Assembly: GCF_000025945.1 (NCBI RefSeq)
Contig: NC_006138.1
Location: forward strand, 1,500,001 to 1,532,000
Source of the DNA: Desulfotalea psychrophila LSv54
GTDB lineage: Bacteria; Desulfobacterota; Desulfobulbia; Desulfobulbales; Desulfocapsaceae
Length of the DNA: 32,000 nt
Direction of reading: 5' to 3'
The position numbers were made by a program, and so were the translations under genes. Below, piece by piece: positions 17,955 through 25,928 of the stretch (positions are counted from its first letter, which is position 1; each line of letters opens with the position of its first letter). The notes beneath the pieces were generated by a model. That model made no database searches and was not told the DNA's origin. It saw only the letters and a program-made list of their open reading frames with translations.

Positions 17955-18938
17955 TTATTTTCTGTAGGTGCTCAGAAGTTCTGTTCCGGCAGGACCTGCC
18001 TCTTTTTCCCATTCAGTAACAATTTCATTACCAATGACTTTGAAGCCTGACATGAGTTCCGGGGATGGTTGGATAATGTTCATGCCGTTATCCTTCATCA
18101 CCTGGATCTTGGTCTCTGTCTCTTTTTTGCTCATCTCCCAGCCGCGTAATTCTGCCTTTGCTCCTGCTTGGAGGAGTGCTGTTTGGGTCTCTTTATCTAG
18201 TCTGCGGAAGGCCCGCTTGTTAATAACAACAATGTTTTTGGGGAGCCAGGCCTGGATATCGGTGAAATCTTCTACAAAGTCCCACGCCTTGGAGTTTGCG
18301 CCCGTTGAAGGAGATGTGATCATGGCTGCAACTCGTCCGGTGGAAAATGCTTGTGGGATATCAGGAACCTCTACCTGGGTAGGTGCGGCTCCAAGTTTGT
18401 TTGCCAGTTTTTCGGAGGTGGCGTTATAGGTACGAAACTTAATGCCCTTTATGTCGCCAACCCTGTTGATTGCCTTTTGGGTATAGAGTCCCTGAGGTGG
18501 CCATGCCACAGAAAAAAGTGGCATCAGTCCTTGCTTGTCGAGGAGTTTCGCCACGATGGGCTTTTGTGCATTCCATAACTTTTTTGCATCGTCATAGTTT
18601 GTGGCCAGAAATGGTTGCGAGTCAGCTGCGAAGATGGGGTTTTCGTTACCGAGAAGAGACATGAAGAATTCACCGATGGGCACCTGCCCACCACGAACGG
18701 CATTTTTGATTTCAGGATGTTTAAAGAGGGATCCTGCCGTGTGCAATTTGATAACAAGTTTGCCGTCGGTGGCTTTTTTCACATCTTCGGCAAAGAGGGC
18801 GATATTCTGGGTGTGGAAGGTGGCGTCCGGGTAAGGTGTCGGCATATCCCATGAGGTGGCAAGGGCACTTGTGGCAAGGCTTGCCGAGAGGGCGATGCCA
18901 CCGATGGTTGAAATACATTTTCTGGAAAAATGTTTCAT
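17955..18938 (-). CDS. dctP: TRAP transporter periplasmic solute-binding subunit (DctP family)
   Basis: 327-aa ORF with a signal peptide and AAGGAG upstream of the ATG. The sequence is DctP-like (WDMPTPYPD...HTAGSLF...). Confidence 0.88.
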   Translation of the reverse strand: MKHFSRKCISTIGGIALSASLATSALATSWDMPTPYPDATFHTQNIALFAEDVKKATDGKLVIKLHTAGSLFKHPEIKNAVRGGQVPIGEFFMSLLGNENPIFAADSQPFLATNYDDAKKLWNAQKPIVAKLLDKQGLMPLFSVAWPPQGLYTQKAINRVGDIKGIKFRTYNATSEKLANKLGAAPTQVEVPDIPQAFSTGRVAAMITSPSTGANSKAWDFVEDFTDIQAWLPKNIVVINKRAFRRLDKETQTALLQAGAKAELRGWEMSKKETETKIQVMKDNGMNIIQPSPELMSGFKVIGNEIVTEWEKEAGPAGTELLSTYRK

Positions 18939-19362
18939 TACAGAATCTCCTTCAGGTAAAAGTCGTAGAGTTGGTGTAAAAAATCTGCCAGAGGCGAAAG
19001 AGACGAAAATGTTGTTTTTTTGCTACGCTCAATCGGCCTTTGGCCAAAAAGGGACATTGTAACGTAAATGTAATACATATGCCAGAGAGAAATTTTTTTA
19101 TTAGATAAATATCGGTGGGTAGGGTGGCATGGGGGTGATGCAGAAGCGCTAGGAAAAATATCTTCTTAAGGAGGGTCTTCTGCCCCGCTTTCATAAGATA
19201 TGAGATTGGTTCCGGTGAATATTGGCTGAGGTGCTGAAAAAATAGGGACTTTCCACTGCTTGGTAGAGCCGAATAACTTGTTCTGACAGCCCCTCTATGT
19301 GGATGTTTTATCTCGAAAAGTGGGTGTGCCCCCTTCCTTTTTTGTTGCAAGAATCCCTGGAG

Positions 19363-20590
19363 CTAATTTTTCTGCTGTACCTGTTGGATTTCTTGCAAAA
19401 TGCGATCGGTATTGATGAGACCAAAATCGTTACATAAATCTATGGCCAGGGCTGAAGCAAAGAGTAAGCCAATACAGATTGCCAGAATTTTTTTGCTAAG
19501 AGTTTTGCTTTTCATATAGAAAATTACAGCAGGCAAGACACCAAAGAGCAGGGCGATTCCTACTCCACCCACTACCCCAATCGCCTTTAGAAAAATAGAA
19601 GGAAAGAGGATGGCAATTATCAGTGGTGGGAGAAATGTTGCTGTAACTATTTTTGTTTTACTTCCACCTCCCAGGAGATCACGGTTGAAATCCATAAGTC
19701 CAATTCCATTGGCCGCATAGGATGTGCAAATTGCAGTAAGTGAAAAGATGATGGCTACAGCGCTAAAATAGGGATTCGCCAAGATATGTCCAATGGGGAC
19801 GGTGGCGGGCAGGCCATGTTGGAAGCTACTGACAATAGAATTTGTGCCAATTGTGAGGGGGAGGACGCCAATTCCAATCGCAACCCATATGAAATTCATT
19901 ATGAAACCAATCACCATGCCAAGAAGCATGGCGCGGGAAATGGCCGAAATATCCCAGTCCATATCTCTGCAAATGGTGGGAATAATATTATGGAAATGAA
20001 AGGCGCAGAGGATGACGGGGGACCGCAATGGGTAAAAAACGGAGATCGTGGAGGAGCATATTATGTAACTCAAGATGCCCGGAACCCATAATGACCAGGC
20101 TTGCAAAGGAGATCCCAAGGAAAAGCATCAGTAATTCGTTGTAACGGGCTACAAAACTTGTTCCGCCAGCGGTGAATGCCGAGAGTGTAATGAAGAGGAG
20201 GATGGTTACGATGAGGGTAAGAAGGGAGTTGGGAGCTGTCTTACCTGAAATGGCAGAAACTATAATAGTTGTGCCGCCGCCAATGTAGGCGGTGAGTAGA
20301 CCATAAAGGATAAGGAGGTTGGCCCCGGTGGCGACCCATTTCCCCAAAGGTCCCAGATATTTTTCATATAAACTTGGGTAGTTAAAGGTATCTTTTTTTT
20401 GCTCGACGGCCTCTTTTGCCAGAACAATGGCTGAAAAATACATTGCTGCGGCAAAGACAATCATTGCCAAAGATGAGAAGAGGAGTCCGGCCCCCCCTGT
20501 CTGTATTGGCAGGGCAAGTATTCCTGCCCCAATGAGGTTTCCCGTGATTAAAAGAGCAATCATCACGGTGCCCTTCTTCTTGTTATCCAT
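19363..20590 (-). pseudogene. Aromatic amino acid (Trp/Tyr) permease family transporter, split by a frameshift at a G5/C5 homopolymer (20017-20021)
   Basis: Two overlapping ORFs (19988-20590 and 19363-20118) carry the N- and C-terminal halves of one Trp_Tyr_perm-like protein. Removing one C from the coding-strand C5 run joins ...FLPIAV to PVILCAFHFHNIIP..., the conserved SFGFHN-type segment. Confidence 0.8.
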
Positions 20591-20975
20591 CTACTTTGCC
20601 TCCTGAAGGTTTGAAAAATAATTTAGTAGTGGAAGCAGTGAGATTGTCAGGCGACTTCATTAAAGGATACTTACTTGCTGAAGTAGCTCTCCAAATGGTG
20701 GAGAGTAACGAAGGCGATAGTTTTAGTCATAGCCAGGGGTTGTTTATTGGCTCAATGCTCTGCGGGCTTGGCAGGGCATTAACAATTTTGCAAATCGAAG
20801 CACTTGACATGGATGTATAGCTTATCTGTTTATAAATAAAGAATTATTATTACTGATTTTATAGGATATAAACTGCGTATGCAAATATTAGCGTCTACTA
20901 ATTCTGCTCTTGACAGATTTCAGGTGAAGAGGGAGGGGTTCTTGCATATATGATCCTGTTAGCAAGGAGTTGCAA

Positions 20976-21122
20976 GTGTTCAGCAAAGCCGAACAACTTG
21001 TCCTGTTTTTCGTAATTTCTTTTTTTCAGACTGGGGGGTATATAGAAATTGTAGGAAAGAAAAAATATCATACAGCTCCTGTAGCTGTGTTTGTCATAGA
21101 ACTTCTATCAAGGGTAATGTAA
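20976..21122 (+). CDS. Candidate 48-aa small ORF (MFSKAEQLVLFFVISFFQTGGYIEIVGKKKYHTAPVAVFVIELLSRVM)
   Basis: GTG start 6 nt after a perfect AAGGAG (20964-20969). Its stop overlaps the next ORF's start (TAATG). No homology is recognised. Confidence 0.2.
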   Translation: MFSKAEQLVLFFVISFFQTGGYIEIVGKKKYHTAPVAVFVIELLSRVM

Positions 21123-21235
21123 TGAAAAATATACTCGTAAAAAAAATGAATGTTGTAGCTCAAATAGCTCTTGCTGTTGCTCTTTTGAGTCTTGTAACTC
21201 TTGGACCAGTTGAGATTGCGCTGCTTCTTGCTTAA
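21122..21235 (+). CDS. Candidate 37-aa hydrophobic peptide (MKNILVKKMNVVAQIALAVALLSLVTLGPVEIALLLA)
   Basis: ATG overlaps the upstream stop. The N-terminus is Lys-rich and is followed by a single TM-length hydrophobic stretch. A strong intrinsic terminator lies about 60 nt downstream. Confidence 0.25.
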   Translation: MKNILVKKMNVVAQIALAVALLSLVTLGPVEIALLLA

Positions 21236-21293
21236 AAGTTACTGCCCAAAGCAGGTTCCTAAAACTTTATTCCTCCTAGTGTATAAAGTAAAA

Positions 21294-21327
21294 GCCCTCT
21301 CTGATGTACGTCAGAGAGGGCTTTTTT
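21294..21327. terminator. Strong bidirectional intrinsic terminator
   Basis: 11-bp perfect stem gccctctctga / tcagagagggc with a 6-nt loop, flanked by aaaa on the 5' side and tttttt on the 3' side. It lies 10 nt from the stop of the minus-strand ABC ATPase. Confidence 0.75.
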
Positions 21328-21337
21328 GTCTCCTCTC

Positions 21338-22090
21338 CTATTCCAACTCCTTCAGTATGGAATCTGTCAGCTGCCCAAACTTTTGTAGAGCCCTGCTACG
21401 GGGACGTTCCATATCCACCTCTATTTCCCTGCGGATTTGTCCGGGACTCTTGGACATAACTATAATCCTGTCGGCAAGAAAAATAGCCTCATCGACGCTA
21501 TGGGTGACCAGTATAATTGTCTTATGGGTCATCTGCCAAACCTTTAAGAGCTCTTTTTGCAGGAGGATGCGGGTGTGAGCATCCAAGGCACCGAAGGGTT
21601 CATCCATAAGCAGGACATCGGGGTCATTGGCCAGGGCCCGGGCAATGGCAACTCTCTGCCGCATTCCTCCGGAGAGTTCATGAGGGTAGGCATCCTTAAA
21701 TCCTTCCATATTGACCATTTTTAGATAGTGCATGGCGTTTTTGTGCCGTTTTTTTTCTTTTACTCCGGCAAAGAGGGGCCCTGCTGCAACATTATCCAGT
21801 ACGGTCATCCAGGGAAAGAGCGAATACTCTTGGAAGACCACGCCAATTTCACCGCAGGGCTTAGTTATGGGTGAAGAACAGTAACGGGCCTCTCCTGTCG
21901 TGGCCTTCTCAAGACCTGCCATAATGCGAAGGATGGTAGATTTGCCACAACCCGAGGGGCCCACTATGCAGGTAAAAGATTTTTCAGGGATCTGTAGGTT
22001 TATATCTCTGGTGGCGAGGAACTTATCGCCTTTTTGGGTGGTGAAGGTCTTGGATACGCCATTAACGGCTAAAATATTTTTCTCCTTCAT
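21338..22090 (-). CDS. ABC transporter ATP-binding protein, NitT/TauT (nitrate/sulfonate/taurine) family
   Basis: Walker A GPSGCGKS, FQEYSLFPW, LSGGMRQR, LLMDEPFGALD. Overlaps the permease gene by 4 nt. Confidence 0.9.
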   Translation of the reverse strand: MKEKNILAVNGVSKTFTTQKGDKFLATRDINLQIPEKSFTCIVGPSGCGKSTILRIMAGLEKATTGEARYCSSPITKPCGEIGVVFQEYSLFPWMTVLDNVAAGPLFAGVKEKKRHKNAMHYLKMVNMEGFKDAYPHELSGGMRQRVAIARALANDPDVLLMDEPFGALDAHTRILLQKELLKVWQMTHKTIILVTHSVDEAIFLADRIIVMSKSPGQIRREIEVDMERPRSRALQKFGQLTDSILKELE

Positions 22091-22926
22091 TTATTTACCT
22101 GCCTGCACCATGAAAATTTTTTCTGTTCAATATGGCGGAAGATGATATCCATCAGAGCTCCGACAAACCCTATTGAAATCATTCCGGCAATAACGATATC
22201 TGTTGAGGCGAGGGTGAAGGCGTGGGTGATTAGATATCCAACCCCTGAAAGTGAGCCGGGAAGCATTTCTGCAGAGACCAGGCACATCCAGGCTATGCCC
22301 AGGCCAATTCGCATTCCCGTTATGATGGAGGGCATGGCAGCGGGGATGAGGATTTTTTGAAAAATTTGTCTCTCGCTTGCCCCAAGTACTCTTGCTGAAT
22401 CAATGAGGGTGACATTGACGTTGCGTACGCCGTGGATTGTTGAGGTTAAAATGGGATAAAATGCGCCGATGAAAATAATAAAGAGCATGGAAAATTTGAT
22501 GTTGTTCAGATAGATAAATGTCTTGCCTGTTTCAGCACCGACAAGCGTGGCAAGGCTTGCTATGCCAAACCAGGCGATGACCAGTGGAACCCAGGCAAGG
22601 GGTGGAATTGGCCTGAAGATGTTGAGGAAACCGTTGAAAAATTTATAGGTAAGTTGAGAGTATCCCATTATAACTCCTAAGGGGATGGCTATCAGGGCGG
22701 CAAGAGCATAGCCCATGATTACTCGGACCAGACTGATTAAAACATTGGCAATAAGTGAGCCCATGCTGAGTAGATCCAGTGTGGGGTGGAATATGATTGC
22801 TGCCACCTGACCAATTTGGGGGAGGATGACTTGATTTCCAATTCTATGGGCCATGATAAGCCAGATGAGAAGTAGCAGTATGGGAGCAAGAATTGGAATT
22901 ACCAGGAAGAGAGATTTGTTTTTCAT
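22087..22926 (-). CDS. ABC transporter permease, NitT/TauT family (SsuC/TauC-like)
   Basis: 279-aa polytopic ORF with the EAA-type segment DSARVLGASERQIFQKILIPAAMP. Confidence 0.88.
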   Translation of the reverse strand: MKNKSLFLVIPILAPILLLLIWLIMAHRIGNQVILPQIGQVAAIIFHPTLDLLSMGSLIANVLISLVRVIMGYALAALIAIPLGVIMGYSQLTYKFFNGFLNIFRPIPPLAWVPLVIAWFGIASLATLVGAETGKTFIYLNNIKFSMLFIIFIGAFYPILTSTIHGVRNVNVTLIDSARVLGASERQIFQKILIPAAMPSIITGMRIGLGIAWMCLVSAEMLPGSLSGVGYLITHAFTLASTDIVIAGMISIGFVGALMDIIFRHIEQKKFSWCRQVNK

Positions 22927-22995
22927 TTTTTTAATAGCTACACCTGACAGGATTTTTCTGGCGGGTGTAGCTCTTTTTTTGAGATTTTGCCCGTT

Positions 22996-24117
22996 TTACT
23001 CTTGATCAAGGGCCTTTTTGTTAAAGGAAAAATCATAGAGAAGGGGTGCTGCTTTTGCCAGATCCATATCTTTTAATTTACCCTTGAACTTATGCATGCC
23101 ATTCAACATGGTAAGAAAGATTCCTTCGCCCTTGAGCCAGTTTTGGCTAGGAGTGGTGGTGTAGATGATGGTGGATTTTTCGATGGCCGCAGCCGGAACT
23201 CCAATCCAACGCGATGAAATTTTTGCTGTTTCTTTTTTGTTGTTATTGCTCCAGGCGGTGGCTGCTGTCATAATATCTGCCATTGCTTGGACGATTTCAG
23301 GTTGTTCTTTAATGGCTTGCTCACTTGCCCCCATGACACAGCAGGGAAAATCCGTCCAGGCGCCTAGAGGGGGGAGATCCCGGGAATCAAGGCCGATATG
23401 ACCAACTTTTTTATACTCTGCAACGACGGGATGAGGAGCAGGCCCGACCCAGCTGTCAACCTGCTTGCTCAGGAGGGCGGGGATGAGGTTGGCGGTGGAT
23501 TTAAGATCGACCATTAATATATCGGCCTCGACGTCATTGGGATTTTCGCTGATTTTAAATCCTGCCCTGTGCAGGGCACCCTCAAAAACGACACGAGGTG
23601 CGCTAGTGGGGGAGTGATAGCCTATTTTGTATGGTGTTTTTGAGGCCTTGATGGCTGTGGCAAGATCCTGGTAGCTGTTGATCTTGCTCTCCATCGGGAA
23701 GACCATGCTCATGCCGTCAACATGGAGGGGACAGATAATTTTTACCTTGGTACCCTTGTCGATACCGCTCATAAAGGCCGTGCTGGAGGCGAGGCCGAGA
23801 TCAAGGCGATTCATGGCAAAGAGGGTTGAGGTCTCGGAACCATTTTTGGAAACGATGAGGTTAATTACGGCCAGAGTTTTGCCATCTGCTGCGATAAGCC
23901 TGTATTTTTGCTTTGCCACCATGGACGCAAGGTATGGGCCTGTGGGATTGAGTTCTTTGCCTCTGTCAGCTGCAACCATAAGGGGGCTGTGGTGAGTGGT
24001 GAGGATATAGCCCATATAGATATTTGGTGCCTTGGCTGCATAGACATTACCCATTGCCAGTGTTACTACCATGGCAATGATAACTGCCTGTATTTTTCGT
24101 TTTAAATTACGATGCAT
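22996..24117 (-). CDS. Periplasmic substrate-binding protein, NMT1/THI5-like (NitT/TauT-family ABC)
   Basis: 373-aa ORF with a signal peptide (…AMVVTLAMGNVYA), located immediately upstream of the cognate permease and ATPase. Confidence 0.75.
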   Translation of the reverse strand: MHRNLKRKIQAVIIAMVVTLAMGNVYAAKAPNIYMGYILTTHHSPLMVAADRGKELNPTGPYLASMVAKQKYRLIAADGKTLAVINLIVSKNGSETSTLFAMNRLDLGLASSTAFMSGIDKGTKVKIICPLHVDGMSMVFPMESKINSYQDLATAIKASKTPYKIGYHSPTSAPRVVFEGALHRAGFKISENPNDVEADILMVDLKSTANLIPALLSKQVDSWVGPAPHPVVAEYKKVGHIGLDSRDLPPLGAWTDFPCCVMGASEQAIKEQPEIVQAMADIMTAATAWSNNNKKETAKISSRWIGVPAAAIEKSTIIYTTTPSQNWLKGEGIFLTMLNGMHKFKGKLKDMDLAKAAPLLYDFSFNKKALDQE

Positions 24118-24135
24118 CTCTTCTTTTCTCCTCTG

Positions 24136-25269
24136 TTATTCTGCGAGTTCAATTAAGGCTTCGATACGGGTTCGAAGCTGTCCTTCGTCTGATTCTGAAT
24201 AGTCGGTTTCAATATGTAGGAAGGGAAGCCCTGTTTCCTCTTCAATAGTTCTTTGCAGGGTGGTGGATTCGGCATTGTAGGTATGGCATCCAAGCCAGGT
24301 CATATCCAGGATGGCGTCTACCTCGAAGGCCTTTACCATCTCTTTGATGGATTTGGCCCTGTTTGGATTCGGGGTCATGCAGGAGCAGGGAATTTGCAGA
24401 TAACGTTCTGCAAGTGCCAGGTAGGGATCGCCGGTTTCTGTTACAGGCATGGTCATTCCCTTGAGGCCGGAGCAGTTTTCCATGCAGACAACCCGGGCAC
24501 CGAGCTCCTCGGCAATTTGGATTACCTTGTCAGAGCCTATGCCCACGGGGCATCCGGTGAGGAGGAGACGGATACCATTTCGTTCTGGTAGTCCCTCCTC
24601 TTGTAGATGTTCTTCTAGTTCTGTGTGCAGGCAGATCAGCTGTGCGAGGTATTTTTCCGGGTAGACGGTAAAGCTCTTACTCTCCTGGACGGCGAGCATA
24701 TCTCGGGCTGTCAGTGGTGATCGTTTATCGGCGGCAAGCAGGGAGAGGTTGTAGAGCTCATGTCTAATCTTGTTTTGGAGGACAATCTGTTGGTGGAGCA
24801 CTTCCTCCTTGACCTCTATTCCAGAGCAGTCGGTGAGGAACTGTTTTAACTCTTCAAGGCCATCCCGCCAATATTGGAGGGGGGCGCTGCCCTGCTGAGT
24901 ATGAGGTAGATGCATAAGATGCATGGGCTTGATCTTGCCCATCAGCTCATACATTTTCTTTTTACCGTCACATGTTGTTTCGGCGATAAGGATGTCTGAA
25001 AAACTGAAAAAGGGGCAGCTGTCGGTTATAGCGTAGCCGTAACTTGATTTAATGAGGGGGCAGAGGCTGGCGGGCAGGTCTCTCTCTGCATCTTTAATGG
25101 GCTGTTGTTTTTTTCCACAGAGGCTTACCGGTACTATTCCGGCAGCTCGTATCAGCTCGTTTGGGGCGTATATGCAGTATACTCCTGCAATTTTGCCGCC
25201 AGCCTGTTGGTGGGCGTCGAGCTCTGCGATGCTGAGCTCTGAGAAGGAGGTGAAGGCCTTGAGATTCAT
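24136..25269 (-). CDS. 2-hydroxyacyl-CoA dehydratase / benzoyl-CoA reductase subunit (BcrC/BadD/HgdB) family protein, double-cubane-cluster-protein-like
   Basis: Family-typical N-terminus (...GGKIAGVYCIYAPNELIRAAGIVPVSLCG...LCPLIKSSYGY...ETTCDGKKKMYE). Multiple conserved Cys are present (CMENCSG, IPCSCM, LGCH). I prefer the start at ATG 25269 (AGGA 5 nt upstream); the longest ORF reaches 25317. Confidence 0.8.
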   Translation of the reverse strand: MNLKAFTSFSELSIAELDAHQQAGGKIAGVYCIYAPNELIRAAGIVPVSLCGKKQQPIKDAERDLPASLCPLIKSSYGYAITDSCPFFSFSDILIAETTCDGKKKMYELMGKIKPMHLMHLPHTQQGSAPLQYWRDGLEELKQFLTDCSGIEVKEEVLHQQIVLQNKIRHELYNLSLLAADKRSPLTARDMLAVQESKSFTVYPEKYLAQLICLHTELEEHLQEEGLPERNGIRLLLTGCPVGIGSDKVIQIAEELGARVVCMENCSGLKGMTMPVTETGDPYLALAERYLQIPCSCMTPNPNRAKSIKEMVKAFEVDAILDMTWLGCHTYNAESTTLQRTIEEETGLPFLHIETDYSESDEGQLRTRIEALIELAE

Positions 25270-25436
25270 ATTGTCCTGTCCTGTCGATATTGTTTTAATG
25301 GTTAGCAGACTGTGCAACGTTTAGCTAAAAAAACCATTTATTACAAATAGTTATTACCGATAGTAGGGCGTCTGTGAATAGGGAAAATCTATTGGCAGGG
25401 ACTGAGTCTTTGTCTGGTGATTGGACAGGTGAAAAT

Positions 25437-25459
25437 CCTCTTCGCTATTGGCGAAGAGG
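25437..25459 (-). terminator. Intrinsic terminator after the 147-aa hypothetical gene
   Basis: 9-bp perfect stem cctcttcgc / gcgaagagg with a 5-nt loop. On the minus strand it is followed by attttc. Confidence 0.6.
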
Positions 25460-25484
25460 ACTTTTGTTTGATAGGTTTTGCCTC

Positions 25485-25928
25485 TTATTTATTCTGTCCT
25501 GCCATCCAGGTAACGATTTCTTTTTGGTCATTAATAATAAAGGTCATATCTGCTTCAGAGAAATAGTATGAGGTATTTGCCCCGTTATTTTTTGCGGCAA
25601 TGACCTTGTACTCTCCAAGATTCTCCTTGTAGTAGTCTGGATGCCAGGGCGAGCCCGGCTGGGCATGGCTCACTATCCACTCCCTCTTGATTTGCTGTTT
25701 TTGCATAAGAGCAGCCTGATATCCCTGTATCCAGTTATCTGTGGTCTTGGTCGGGTTAACTGGCTCTTCCCTTTGACCGAAATTATACCATACTGCAGTA
25801 AGCATAAAGAGACAGACGACGATACTGGCCCACCAGGAGAGGCGCCTGGCTCGGCTGCGAGGTCTACCCGCTTGGCTATTCTTTTGAGATTGGTGGGTGT
25901 GCTTTTCTGCCTGAAGCTGATTTGCCAT
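25485..25928 (-). CDS. Hypothetical single-pass membrane-anchored protein
   Basis: 147-aa ORF with GAGGTG upstream of the ATG. It has a basic N-terminal tail, one TM segment (WWASIVVCLFMLTAVWY) and a roughly 95-aa extracytoplasmic domain. I recognise no family. Confidence 0.5.
   Translation of the reverse strand: MANQLQAEKHTHQSQKNSQAGRPRSRARRLSWWASIVVCLFMLTAVWYNFGQREEPVNPTKTTDNWIQGYQAALMQKQQIKREWIVSHAQPGSPWHPDYYKENLGEYKVIAAKNNGANTSYYFSEADMTFIINDQKEIVTWMAGQNK

Noticed and set aside
18952-19350. 132-aa open frame spanning the whole permease-dctP spacer (minus strand)
   Set aside because: It has a TTG start with no Shine-Dalgarno. The Lys/Phe/Leu/His-rich translation is typical of AT-rich non-coding DNA, and the ORF runs into the dctP ribosome-binding site.
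20596-20820. 74-aa plus-strand ORF divergent from the permease
   Set aside because: It has a TTG start embedded in the permease's own ribosome-binding site, no Shine-Dalgarno and no recognisable domain. I cannot exclude a shorter real peptide, but nothing supports one.
14293-21045. Shared 12-mer gggggtatatag at about 14296 and about 21034
   Set aside because: By rough estimate, tens of chance 12-mer repeats are expected in a 32-kb window, and the flanks do not match.
25270-25436. Possible TPP riboswitch upstream of the operon containing the NMT1/THI5-like binding protein
   Set aside because: I read the minus-strand leader and found neither the CUGAGA nor the ACCUGAUCUGGAUAAUGCCAGCG-type conserved cores.
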